From: Eledone cirrhosa
Lineage: Eukaryota
Assembly: GCA_964016885.1 (NCBI GenBank)
Contig: OZ024753.1
Span: 2,170,001-2,234,000 of the forward strand
Direction: 5' to 3'
Length of the DNA: 64,000 nt
Shown: positions 35,142 to 53,712 of the stretch, piece by piece
Numbering within the stretch: the stretch's first letter is position 1
Layout of the letters: each line of letters opens with the position of its first letter
Program-made: the position numbers and the translations under genes
Notes under the pieces: generated by a model
The model's database searches: none
Told to the model about the DNA's origin: nothing
Seen by the model: only the letters and a program-made list of their open reading frames with translations

Positions 35142-35265
35142 TTCCCTTGCTTTTATCGAGAATCTAATTGTAATACGTGACGTATTCTATTCTATAGCGA
35201 TTAGGTCTTCAAAATGTTTATTATAAACATACAGAATATTTTCGAATATTCTATGTCTATATTCA

Positions 35266-37986
<2,721 letters not shown>

Positions 37987-40097
37987 ACAAACTTTGAAGT
38001 TATATATAGCTTTACGTAGTCGCTCATAATTCGATTATTACAACAAGACTACTTATTCGCCGACGAACTTCAACAAGACCAAAACTTTAATAAACAAAAT
38101 AATATTACCTTCCAACTAATATAATCCTTTACATATTTCGTTTTACATAAGGGTTTTAATGTTCCAAGAAGTAAATATGTGTTCACAGACTTAGAATATT
38201 ACGTCACTGCTTACTAACCCGATTTTTATTAGCCTCTTGTTGCTTCATTGATTGCATAAGTGAATGAGTGACTGAGTGAGTGAATGAGAAGGTTGGGGGA
38301 TGAGTGACTGAATGGCTGTTTACTTTGGTATCTTAAAATCTACTGTACAAGGAAGTTCAAATTTCTTCTTTCTTTTTACCCAGGGAAACTTTTTAAATTG
38401 CTTCTTTTGAAATGTTGCTTTTTTTTTATCCAATTCAGATCTATTGAATGCCATATGCTGCGCAAACGAAGACTTATACAAAAACGAAATCAATTACATG
38501 TAAAATGAAATGCAATAGAAATACTTTCGTATACATGGGCACATATTCACACATTTCTTTTCAGATATTGCTGCTGCAATACATTTGAATTCTAACTAAA
38601 CATGGGGAGAAAATTTATTAAATATTTCCTCTGCTTCTATAACAGAATGAGGAGTGGGTAGTACATATCAAACACAACCTTACATGTTCAAATTATCATT
38701 TAATAAATTTCCTATTTAAGACTATAACTAGCATTGCTTTAAATGAATTTTGGATTGAAAATAAAGACAGAATTATCGGTTCTAATTTCTAATTAAAATA
38801 TGTATAATTTCTGAAGACGCATACTCACGTTTCCTTAGCAATATATTAAATTAAAATGTATGGAGTTTTTGATAATATTCGTTGTTTATCTATTATAAAG
38901 CTTGCATCATTTTATGACAAACAGGAGCATGTCATATTTTTTTAACTCTTTTTAATTATTGGATAACCGCTTTATAGTGGCACCTCCTTCACGTATTTAT
39001 TTAACATTTCAAACGTCCGTATAGAGCTAATAAGTCATAATAGACTAGGGCAAATATCTAGTACGGCTTACAATTGAGAGTAAAAAACAAGATAGACAAA
39101 GATAGTTTAATATAATCATGTTTTAAATAAATTCAATTTAAAATTAAATAAGGAATAACGAGGGCAAAATAATCATAACAAAAAGATAAAGCAAAACTTT
39201 AGTCATTCAAATAGATGCCAGTAGATTAGATTTCAGTCTAATACTTATTTTATCAACCTACATTTATTGAATGGTTCAGTTAGTCTGGTACAACGCCAGC
39301 TTTTACACGGATAAACATTTGTAGTAGTTTTAAAGTAAAGGCTGTATATTTAACGACTCTTAAACAAAAAGGCTAAAATCTGTCGCAAGCCCGGCGGCTC
39401 ACCAAGCCGGTTTTTATCCAACACAATAGGTAGACACTAATGGGTAGACACTAGCTGCTGACTAGATATTTTCTAGTTATCTAAGGCTCCACCAGGTCGA
39501 TTTTATCACGTTAATACTAAATATCTTTATAATGCAATACAAATGTTTCCCAAAACCTCCGATAGAATCACAAGAACAGTTGTGTTGGCTCCATTTTAAT
39601 GGCGTCAAGTGAGCGAACGCTGAATCTTTTCGGGATACGATGCAATCTTTCACAAGTAAAATTCTCAGAATTTCTTGTATTAAGCCGCGAGCATACTAAA
39701 CTAGATCCCAGAAATAAAGAGAAATAAATAAATAACGAAACTACAATAATTAAGATGTAGCTAAGTTGATAGAGAGTAGATAACTGATTATTGAACATGT
39801 ATCGTCAAATCTTAAGCTGTTTACCCTATCAACTTCCTACCCAAGTATATTTCCTTTGAACATTTGTTGCTATATATTTAATATATAAGTTCTTGTGTGA
39901 TTGGAAACTTTTCACAATCAGACATTCTTCCTTATCTGACTAACGCTCCAAGCGCCTGCTTTGAATATTCTTTTGCTATTTAAATCTATTCTAATCCGAT
40001 TATCTCCGTCTACGTATGGAAGTAAATATGTGAATTTCTGCTTGTCCGCTGTGTGTGACAGTGCGCAACATTTTAATGTTATATTGCTAGAATATTA

Positions 40098-40137
<40 letters not shown>

Positions 40138-40265
40138 GAGAGGAAAAGAGTGAGAATTTTTTTCATATGAATGTCTCCATCACAATCAGCTTTTCTGAAT
40201 ATTTCTTTTGTTTTCATAGAATCTACGTACCATATACGTATGTGTTTGTATATATACATGTATAT

Positions 40266-40311
<46 letters not shown>

Positions 40312-40562
40312 AGAGGAATTCCAACTTTGTCTGATTTACTCGTTTTATTTACAATCTTTTAAAATTTATAATGGTATTAAAATGAAATAGTATGATAGAA
40401 TATTAAATGTTAAGTGTTAATTGAACAAGTACTTTCATGCTTTCGCAATCTACAGGTTCATAATGTGTGGTGACAGTCAAGTTTGCAATTTTCAACTGTC
40501 AGACAGTTGAAATTCCCTCTTATTAATATAATCTTCTATACACAATCATACACACCCGTGTA

Positions 40563-40596
<34 letters not shown>

Positions 40597-40612
40597 CTCT
40601 GTGTAACTACTT

Positions 40613-40648
<36 letters not shown>

Positions 40649-40689
40649 GATTTACATATACATAAACAAGACAGATCTATAGATATATA

Positions 40690-40865
40690 TATGTGTTTTT
40701 GGCAACCATTCACGGTGTGGCTCAATGACGAATAATTAATTAAATAATCAACAATCAGAGCAATATATAAGAAAGTAAGTCCATAAAATCATTTGATAAA
40801 ATATATACAGTATTTCCTCTCCCAATCAGCATAAGTAACCACACAAAAATCAATTAAACTTATAG
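40690..40865 (+). repeat. Dispersed TA-associated repeat, same family as 53128-53290
   Basis: Shared TGTGTTTTGGCAAC..TTCACG.TGTGGCTCAATG...AATCAGAGCAA...CTCCCAAT.AGCATAA.TAACCACACAA. Confidence 0.8.
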
Positions 40866-41242
40866 CCTCATTTTTTCTCTCTCGTCTACGATTTCACAGA
40901 ACTTATGTTCACCGAATTCACGGACTAGACCCCTTCTTCCTCCCGTTAGACCTGTGCGAAGTTCCTTCCTTACTCACATTTCAACCAGGTTTGATGGTCT
41001 TTATTCTCTCTCGTTCACGATTTCACCGAACTTATATTCATGGAAATTTGGGACTTGACTCGTTCTTCCTCACTTTTCGTTGCTTCACCATCTTTGTTTG
41101 TTTACACTCTCGCTGTTCCCTTTATTTACGTGTCCCCAACGACTTTCTTTAGCCGTTGCTCGCACCAAACCGGAGGTATATAGTCTTTAAAGCGAAGAAA
41201 TACCGATGATGGTTGGAAGATCACTGATGAAGGACCACTTTA

Positions 41243-41289
<47 letters not shown>

Positions 41290-42157
41290 GTTAGAATGTT
41301 GTTGAGGTGTGTATACATTTTGGGGGAAATCGCTTGATTTATATCCCTAACATTCAGCTAAGGATCCATAGCATGGCATGGTAAAACTCTTGGGAAGAGA
41401 TGAAAAGCTCGACAATAAATTCTCTCTATCTACTAAAATTATGAGCCTGTTTTCAAGATAAAAAGACACCAATATTAATTAAAAATTCAATAGTTCTATT
41501 TATCTATTGGTCCTTTTCAAATACTGTTTAGTTTTGTTTAGTATTGTCAGTACTTTTCTTTCTTATTCTCTTTCAGTCATGATTGAAAAGGGAGAAAAGT
41601 AAAGCAAAACTAAAAGCAAGTGTAATAAGGTTAATTTGTCGGTATTACATAGGGAATTGAAGCATTAAAACAGTACCGGTGGTTTGACATTTTCATATTC
41701 AAACAATGTGTATGTATGTATGAGTGTGTAAGTATTTCTTGTATACGCTGTTTGTAATTTTGATATCTAGTCTCCTCTATTGTACTACTTAAATAGATGA
41801 AAAATATTGTGCGAAATCAAACTAGCGATGCGAGTGAACCGTATAAAGAGGCTTAGGAGATGAAAAGGATAACATGAATACAGGGAGAGTGTAAAGTAGA
41901 TGAAGAATAGAAAGAGAAGGCAAAGGTGTTAACAAAACAGAGGGGCGTCAAAGCAAGCCATCAATGTAATTGTCCCTCCCTATATCACCATATGAAAAAC
42001 GGTCATTTGACACAAGAGATTCACTTATGATCTTTCATTTATATTTCACACCTAAACATATATGTTGTACATGTCAGGAGGACGGGTAAGCTTGCTGGTC
42101 ATTTATTGTCCTTTATAAAGAAACACCCCTACATACACGTATATACACGCGTGTATA

Positions 42158-42206
<49 letters not shown>

Positions 42207-42441
42207 GCGTGTATATATATATATATATATATATATAAATATATATAACGAAGGAAATGTGGTAAGGAACCAGGTGGACCATAACGCACCAAAGTACTCA
42301 ATACTTAGGGTAGTAGAGTGGGTAATAGGAACGAGTAGGGCCCCGACGACTGAGCTCAGTCCCGCGTTCAGTCGGGGGTAACCAGAGTTAGTAAGATACT
42401 TAATGCATTAGTAGAGTGTAAACATCAAGTTTAATATAGAA

Positions 42442-42530
42442 ATTGCTTCTACAGGTCTAGAACTGTTTCATTCAAAGATAATCATCGATGATGTCTTTTG
42501 AATGAAACAGTCCTAGTCTTGTAGAAACAA

Positions 42531-42531
<1 letters not shown>
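42442..42531. repeat. Fold-back palindrome centred in a hammerhead-like core
   Basis: Imperfect arms of about 45 bp around TCGA. The right arm reads GATGA-TGTCTTTTGAAT-GAAAC-AGTC. Confidence 0.7.
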
Positions 42532-42623
<92 letters not shown>

Positions 42624-43630
42624 TCTCTCTATATTGACATATTGATATATATATATTGATATATCTGTGCATATCTCTCTCTGTCTCCCTCTCTCTCTAT
42701 CTATCTCTCTCTATAGAGAGAGAGAGATATGCACACATATGTATATATATCAATATATCTATCGATAAATTTATCTATACATATCAAGTAATTTGGTTAT
42801 GGACACTACTTCCCTATATTTCACTATCCTATCTCTAACTATTATATATAGTGCACATACTCATACACACACACACACACATATATATATATTTACATAC
42901 ATATACAACCATACATACATACATACATACATACATACATACACATGTAAATACATATATGATATGAACTGCAAAAGTATTATTCTACTTAGCTGATCGG
43001 TTCTTGCTGGTTGAATTTGGATGTGGGTGTTATTGGAAGTGTTTGAGCTATTGGGTAATTCTGTTGATGTCAGTGTAATGGTGTTGATATCGCTTGAATC
43101 AATTTCACAACGGAATAGTTCCTGTAGGTTGCCAAAGTTTCGCACTACTAACACATTTGTAATTTAGATAATGGCAACGAAAATAAAAAAGGAAAAAAGG
43201 TCAGGTTTTCCGTCCGAAATACACGCTTTAGTCACTGAGTTTTTCTTAATGGAAATATTGCAATTCATTTTGTTGCCCTAATATTGACTACTGACCTCGT
43301 AAGTCTTCTTCTTCTTCCTCTTCCTCTTCCTCTTCCTCTTCTTCTTCTTCTTCTTCTTCTGTTAGGCTCTCCTCACAGTTTCACAGTTAAGTCTAGTTGA
43401 TCTTTTATGATCTGTGATTTTATTCTACTTGTTTCTATGTGTATGCAGTAGAATACTTGGTTTGATTATATTTAGCTGATGGATCTTCCGTCAGTTTCGG
43501 TACTGTCTATTCCAATTGTTCGATCAATTGAACATCCTATTCATTATATTAACATATAATCGACTGACAAATGTACTTTTAACATTATCCTCGGGTAAAA
43601 CTAATGTGATATAGCTGGGTACAATCTATT

Positions 43631-43790
43631 CGACAGATTTTCGCTCAGTTTCCGTCTACCCAATTTCACATGTATGCTTAGGCTTACCAGAGGCTATGGT
43701 GAAAAACATTTACACAAGATGTTACACAGCGAGACCGATCATTGAATCCTCGTGATTGTGAAGCGAACTTTTTAAATACTCAGCCATGTT
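43631..43790 (-). mobile_element. Decayed tRNA-derived SINE, second family
   Basis: CAGTTTCCGTCTACC...GAGGCTATGGTGAAAAACATT...CAGCCATG. Related to 1648-1790. Confidence 0.6.
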
Positions 43791-44554
43791 TAATCAGATA
43801 GGTGGTGATATAAGGACTCTTAATGAATTCAAATTCACCGCTTAGTCGTAGAAACGAAAAAAATAAAATAAAATAAAATAAAATAAAACAAAACAAAGAG
43901 CAAAGTGGTAGCTGTTTCTGACGTTCAAAGAAAATGGGATTTAATTTAAAGAAATTAAAAATCAATTTCTCAAAAAATTAAATTTTCATGAGTGGAAATA
44001 TCCGTTAATTATTAGTAGATAAGATGGCAGCTAAGGACATTTTTCAGTCATTTTAGATGTCATCAACATAGCATAACTTAACTTATTCACACCTTCTTTT
44101 ATCAGTTGATAGCATGTTTTACAAACAGAAAAGGTCTTATGAAGATTTTCGAACAGTATAATTTGCATAATTAAAATAAAGGAGATATGAGTGTATCACT
44201 CAAATGGGCTAATGAAATGGATTGGGATAATGTACCTAATGATGTATGCGTAAACTCTCTTATGAATGGAAATTGACTTTTAATTGGAGCAATTAACTAA
44301 AAACGTAGCGTAGAAAATCTCAAAGAAAATAGAATAATTTCAAAAACATTATAAAAACATTAACATAAGATAGAATGTTTAGTATGGCTGGTGATATTTG
44401 TTAGCAAATGAGACCTCTTATTATTAGATCTCATCAGCACAGCATAGCATATTCAAGTCTACTTTGATAAACTAATAGGAGCGTTATAGAAATATTTGGA
44501 CACAATAATTTTTATAATTACTGAAAGTGAGCTAAGGAGAATATTTGGTATTAT

Positions 44555-44742
44555 TGTGGATTGGCAGTATCGGTAGAGGGTCGGACGTCATGCTTTGCAA
44601 CACAGAGTTACGGCCCTTTATGGTCTGAGTTCAAATCCCGCTGAGGCTAACTTTACCTTTCATCCTTACGGGGTCGATAAAATAAAGTACCAGTAATGTA
44701 CTGGGTTATTGCTGGCCTTGTGCCAAAAAGTAGAAACAATTA
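44555..44742 (+). mobile_element. Young Meta/MESC-type SINE nested in an older SINE
   Basis: Complete A box, B box and core. Older SINE sequence (TTCTGAGTTCAAATCTC...CTGGCCTTGTGCC) continues at about 44750-44905. Confidence 0.88.
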
Positions 44743-44914
44743 TTAGTATTCGTATCTGGTCCAACGTTTTACATTCTGAGTTCAAATCTCACATTCCTTG
44801 CCTTCACGTTTGTCTTCCTTTTTCCGGGATTGTTAAACTAAAATTCTCCGATAATCAATTTTATCCTCCACCTGAGTTACTGGCCTTGTGCCTATGACAA
44901 AAACAGTTCTTTTT

Positions 44915-45154
44915 CGACCTAGTTGTTATTTGTGTGGACAAACTGGTCACTTGAGAGTGTTCTGCCCTCAACAGACGACAGAGAATCACAGGGTCCCTTT
45001 TCTGCCTATCAGGACCCCAATTTCGACAACAACACTATCAGCGGAAAGCAACAGCGACTCCAATCTCGGTTGCAACAGCAAAATCAACAGCAAGAAAACA
45101 ACAACTGTAAATACAAAACATAACATTCGATCCATTGTTAATGTGAACACCTGA
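44915..45154 (+). pseudogene. Retroelement gag/ORF1-like CCHC zinc-knuckle fragment
   Basis: CYLCGQTGHLRVFC fits CX2CX4HX4C and is followed by an S/T/N-rich linker. Confidence 0.55.
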
Positions 45155-45565
45155 CAAATCTAGCTAAACTTGTCATGGTGATCTAACAATCTGAAGAAAT
45201 CTCGTGACATCGAGACACGAAACATTTCAAAGACATACTTAAGCGTATTTCCACCATTTTATAGCGATTTGATTTTGGCTTTAGAGCAAATAGTTGTTAA
45301 CATAGAAGAACATACTCATGGTTTCACAACCTGCTCACATCGTTTATTTTATTACTTATCCTTTCATCTTCTTGAAAGGTATATTGACAGTACATAGAAA
45401 ATGACAGCTAACATACATGATGAATATGGAAATATTGAAGCATTTAGATACGGTTCTTCACCATATCAAAATTGACTTACGAGAACAAAATAAATGTTTG
45501 TAAAGATAAATTGTTGGAAATAAAATATCTCGATATCCAAATTTACACATAATTGTTATGTTATG

Positions 45566-45657
<92 letters not shown>

Positions 45658-45758
45658 CATTTGTAAGTGGTTATATATGGTGTCACAATCTCTAAGCCAT
45701 TTTAGAATTAATCCCGAAAATATATATCCATGCAAGATTAAAAAGCGGTATGTTTGTG

Positions 45759-45808
<50 letters not shown>

Positions 45809-46175
45809 ATAAAATCTAGAAGGCAAGAAATAACTGTGAACACAGTTGACTGCTATACGTATTAGCTTAGAAAGTTGGGAAAATTACCCCTTATAGAAGG
45901 AATAAAGTGATTACAGCCGCTACAGATAATCGAACTCTGTACTTACTTCCGAAATTCTGGCTGAGCCCACTATAGCATTGAGCTAAAGGGCCCTGACGAC
46001 AATTACAATTTAAATAGAAGCTGCATATTCTTCTTCTTCGCCAATTTATTTCTGAGAGAGTCGTAGGGGAAGAGTCCTCGAATAATCCTTCCAGTGGGTC
46101 CTTGAAGACCATGAAAAAATTCCCTTCGTCAATGAGAAAATCTGGTCGTTTCTATTTAAATCTCATATGTGTATA

Positions 46176-46220
<45 letters not shown>

Positions 46221-47039
46221 TGGCGTATATATATTTATATATGTATTGGCGTATATATATATATATATAAATGTATTGGTGCATACATACATACATACAT
46301 ATACATATATATATTGGCTCCATGTGGTGCTTTTGTTTTGAGCGTCTTGCTTGGACAGATTGCTAGTTAGTGTACAATGCGAGATTTATATAGAAAAGAC
46401 CAGAATCTCTGACTGACGAATGGAATTCTTTCGTGGTCTTGAAGTTTATTACAAAAATCGATAATAAACATCGAATTCTGGACTTTCATGAACAGGGCGT
46501 ATGAGAATATTTACTATTTGTTGTTCTATATATATAGATAATACTAGTTTGTTCCAAAACTTGATATATGAAAAATAGAAGTAAATACTTTCCTTATATA
46601 TATAGTTAGGAATTTTGTCCTGTTTATATATTTTGTCTGTAATAAAGCAATCGTTACAATTCAAGCCTTTGTGGATAAACGCCAGTTCCACTCACATCTA
46701 GACTTGTGTTAGCTTGGTGCTTTATTCATACAACCTTTTCTATTGATAAACCTCATAGTAGAAATTTTGTGAATATCTCATTCATATTATCTCTTCAGTA
46801 AATAAATTTTATGATCTGTAACACTCAACTATTTTTATAATCTGTATCACTGAACTTCTTTTAGTCATGAGAGTTATATTTCATTTCAAGTATGTTTCTC
46901 TCTTTCTGAATCGAACTGACTTTCACAAAGTATAGAGAATACTTTTCATTCCCGTATATGTTGATAACACTTTTGATTTCTGAATGGCAGCGGTAATGAT
47001 TGAGGAAACACTAATCTAAAACGTGTAAAGATTTTCACA

Positions 47040-47265
47040 ATAATATTTCTTTCTAGCATTGGCACAAAGCCGGCCCTTGGGGAAAGGAGAAAATTGATTT
47101 TATCAACCCCAGTACTTGACTAGTACTTCATTTTATCAGCCCCGGAATGATGAAAGACAAAGGTGACCTCAGTCGGATTTGAATTCCAAACGTAGAACGT
47201 TATAATTAAATACCGCAAATCATTTTGTTCGATGATCTGCTGATATTGCCAATCCAGTGCCCTTA
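47040..47265 (-). mobile_element. Diverged Meta/MESC-type SINE
   Basis: GGCACAAAGCC...TTTTATCAGCCCCGGAATGATGAAAGACAAAGGTGACCTCAGTCGGATTTGAATTC...TGCCAATCCA. Confidence 0.8.
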
Positions 47266-47937
47266 AAATTGGCATTAGTAATAAACGCTCCATATCTAAA
47301 TTAAAATGCTGCATTATTTTAAAAGTATATTGCAATAAGATGGAGTAAAATCAGCATTTTCCAAATCTATTTCTTCTTTTTCTTCTTCGCGCACTTATTC
47401 CTAGGAGTGTAGTGGGGGGAGAGTCCTGAAGCACGCTATCAAGCGGATCATGTCAAAAACAACTGTTTTTAATTGGTTCCGCTGGATCCCAAAGTGAGAC
47501 AAGCTGAACTCATTGATGTTATCTAACCATATTGTTCGGGATTACCCCCGGGTCTCCTGTGAGATGGTATTTCCCCGAAAATAACTCCAACGATTCTTTC
47601 CTGAAACATTCAGACGACATGTGCGTAGTATCATACTTGTGATCTCTCAATTCGGAGAAGTAGCGATTCTTAATGCCTTTCATCTTTTCTAGGTCGATAA
47701 AACAAAGTACCAGTTCAGTACTGATGTCAATTCTTCCTCTATTTTTTTCTTACTTTCTCTTATTCTCCCCGTCTCTAGAAGATAACAGTTGTGTACAGGC
47801 TTGGATAAGGGAGGGGCTGCGCTAGAGTTAAAGTGCTCCCGATATACTGTATGTAACTACGACTACACGAGGAGCTATGGTCGATGCATACATACAATAT
47901 TATTATTATTATTATTATTATTATTATGAAAAGAAAT

Positions 47938-48047
47938 AATTGTTTCTACTTTAGGCACAAGGCCAGCAATTACCCAGTGCATTACTGGTACTTTATTTTA
48001 TCGACCCCGTAAGGATGAAAGGCAAAGTCAACCTCGGCGGGATTTGA
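47938..48047 (-). mobile_element. 5'-truncated young Meta/MESC-type SINE
   Basis: Near-identical to 30688-30800, with GAAAAGAAATAAT on both sides as a target-site duplication. Confidence 0.88.
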
Positions 48048-48478
48048 AAAGAAATAATGATGATAATTAGTAGTAGTAATATTTGTAGAAGTAGTTGTAG
48101 TTGTTATTGTTATCATCGCAGGAGAGAGAGAGAGAGTGAGTGTGTGTGTGTGTGAGTGTGTGTCGGGTAGAGTGAATGCGAGCAAAATACTGAGAAGTGA
48201 AAATGTACAAGTTAATGATACGGAAAATTTTGTAAGTGGAGGCAACAGAGAAGAGATAGACTCTAAAAGGACGTAATAGAAGAACGACACAGAACAGTGA
48301 GTTCTGGTTTAGCCTAATAGACATAAATAAGATTGGTGATCAGGTGAATGATTTTTCTATCTATCTATCTTTCTCTCTCTGTCTGTCTGTCTCTCTCCCC
48401 CCTCTCTCTCTCTCCCTCTCTCTCTCTCTATATATAGAGAGAGATGCCAATCTATCTATCTGTCTGTCTCTCTGTCTG

Positions 48479-48479
<1 letters not shown>

Positions 48480-48529
<50 letters not shown>

Positions 48530-48530
48530 G

Positions 48531-48591
<61 letters not shown>

Positions 48592-48592
48592 G

Positions 48593-48627
<35 letters not shown>

Positions 48628-48628
48628 G

Positions 48629-48665
<37 letters not shown>

Positions 48666-48756
48666 GTCTGTATATATATATATATATATCTGTCTGTATA
48701 TATATATATATATATATATATCTGTCTGTATATATATATATATATATATATATCTG

Positions 48757-48787
<31 letters not shown>

Positions 48788-48854
48788 CTGTCTGTATATA
48801 TATATATATATATATATCTGTCTGTCTGTATATATATATATATATATATATCTG

Positions 48855-48909
<55 letters not shown>

Positions 48910-48934
48910 GTATATATATATATATAAATATCTG

Positions 48935-49003
<69 letters not shown>

Positions 49004-49254
49004 GTATATATATATATATAAATATATATAAATGTATATATATATATATAAATATATATGTATATATATATATAAATATATATATATATAAATATATATG
49101 TATATATATATATAAATATATATATATATAAATATATATGTATATATATATATAAATATATATGTATATATATATATAAATATATATGTATATATATATA
49201 TAAATATATATGTATATATATATATAAATATATATGTATATATATATATAAATA

Positions 49255-49292
<38 letters not shown>

Positions 49293-49473
49293 TATATGTA
49301 TATATATATATAAATATATATGTATATATATAAATATATATGTATATATATATATATATATATATAAATATATATGTATATATATATATATATATATCTA
49401 TCTGTCTGTATATATATATATAAATATATATGTATATATATATATATATATATCTATCTGTCTGTATATATAT

Positions 49474-49525
<52 letters not shown>

Positions 49526-49530
49526 ATCTG

Positions 49531-49565
<35 letters not shown>

Positions 49566-49570
49566 ATCTG

Positions 49571-49627
<57 letters not shown>

Positions 49628-49660
49628 GTCTGTATATATATATATATATATATATCTGTC
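48480..49660. repeat. (TA)n array with TCTGTCTG and AAA interruptions
   Basis: Directly visible in the sequence. Confidence 0.97.
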
Positions 49661-50026
49661 TTTCTCCCTCTCTCACCCTCTCACGCTGGATATCTATTTT
49701 AATACCTAACTTTAGATTTAATGTATATAGAATATATGTTGTATGATGTTGCGCAACGACATACAAGAGCAATAAAGTTAATAAAGGAACCCGTCAATAA
49801 ACTATCAATGTTATCGATCAAGGAAGATATGGTAAATAAATTTTGTTATGTTCCTGCCTGTTCTTCAAAACATTAGTGACGTAAGAGAATTTAAACAACT
49901 GTAACGGGCATTGGACGTTATATATCGAATCCACTGACGAGGCTCGGCATTTAACAACACATTAACACACACATACTCACACATGTACACACACACAGAC
50001 TCACTTATATATCAACATAGCTTTTT

Positions 50027-52726
<2,700 letters not shown>

Positions 52727-53030
52727 ATGACCGTCTATAAATCACAAATTAAAATACAGGAATACAGAAAGTTTGCATTTAGTGAACATATCGCCAATTG
52801 TGCACACAGCCAACATCCAAACTTTAAAATTTTTCCCCATTTACAAATTCATAGACAACGCTACTTTCATCCAACGTACCAATAAGGAAACATATTTCAT
52901 TAATAAATTCCAACCCCTACTTAATGCTCTAAAAATCAGACCAATCTAAAACTGCCACAAACAATCAAAGTGAGATCGAACGGTAATTCACTGTGTCCAG
53001 TGAGCTCCTCCACAGGTTACCTGGAAGAAA
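52727..53030 (+). mobile_element. Penelope-like element 3' end: GIY-YIG endonuclease C-terminus
   Basis: [37 protein letters not shown], +1 frameshift, [29 protein letters not shown]. This fits the H...C...F.IFP.YK...R..KE..FI.K..P.LN pattern of these endonucleases. Confidence 0.75.
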
Positions 53031-53127
53031 TGTATATATATATATATATGTTATATATATATATATGTATATATATATATGTATAAATATTTACACATAC
53101 ACCAATTAAACAAAGTCACAGGTATAT

Positions 53128-53371
53128 ATGTGTTTTGGCAACTTTTCACGATGTGGCTCAATGGAGAATTAATAAATTAAATAATCAGAGCAAAATACTA
53201 TAGAGTAAAGCATGTCCAGAGAATTATTTGATAATATATATACATCATCTCTACTCCCAATTAGCATAATTAACCACACAAGAAAATCAATTTTGTGTGG
53301 TTAATTATGCTGATTAGGAGTAGAGATGATGTATATATATTATCAAATAATTCTCTGGACATGCTTTACTC
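53128..53371. repeat. TA-associated repeat ending in a hairpin with ~80-bp arms
   Basis: 53203-53281 is inverted at about 53292-53371 with about two mismatches. Confidence 0.9.
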
Positions 53372-53664
53372 ACTATATATATATATATATAATATATAAA
53401 TATAAATATAAATATATATACTTAAATAAAAACACACACAACCACATACATACACACTTATGCGCACATACACACAGTCACACACACAGAGTCACACACA
53501 CAGATATATAAACATATATATTTTCTATGTTTGAGTATACAAAATATGCCTTTTGACACATTAATAAATATATACCCATATGGTATATGTGTATGTATAT
53601 ATGCGTGTGTGTATATATGTGTGTGTATCCATGTGTGTGTATACAAAATATGCCTTTTCACACA

Positions 53665-53712
<48 letters not shown>

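Larger units (their letters stand above)
33143..35265. mobile_element. 310-bp tandem repeat with hammerhead ribozymes (non-LTR retrozyme-like), with internal inversion
   Basis: Units start at 33143, 33453, 33763, 34073, 34383 and 34693 (stub). Orientation flips at about 34715-34717, then about 1.8 inverted units run to 35265. Only two substitutions were noticed, near 34378 and 34754. Confidence 0.9.

Noticed and set aside
33143-35265. CRISPR array, tRNA/5S gene array or simple satellite
   Set aside because: There are no variable spacers and no recognisable tRNA or 5S sequence. The ribozyme motifs and the inversion explain it better.
42995-43154. Possible coding exon (VLVVRNFGNLQELFRCEIDSS...)
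   Set aside because: No recognisable homology, and it runs into a microsatellite.
49925-49955. CTGACGAG hammerhead 5' box
   Set aside because: No downstream GAAA box or closing helices.
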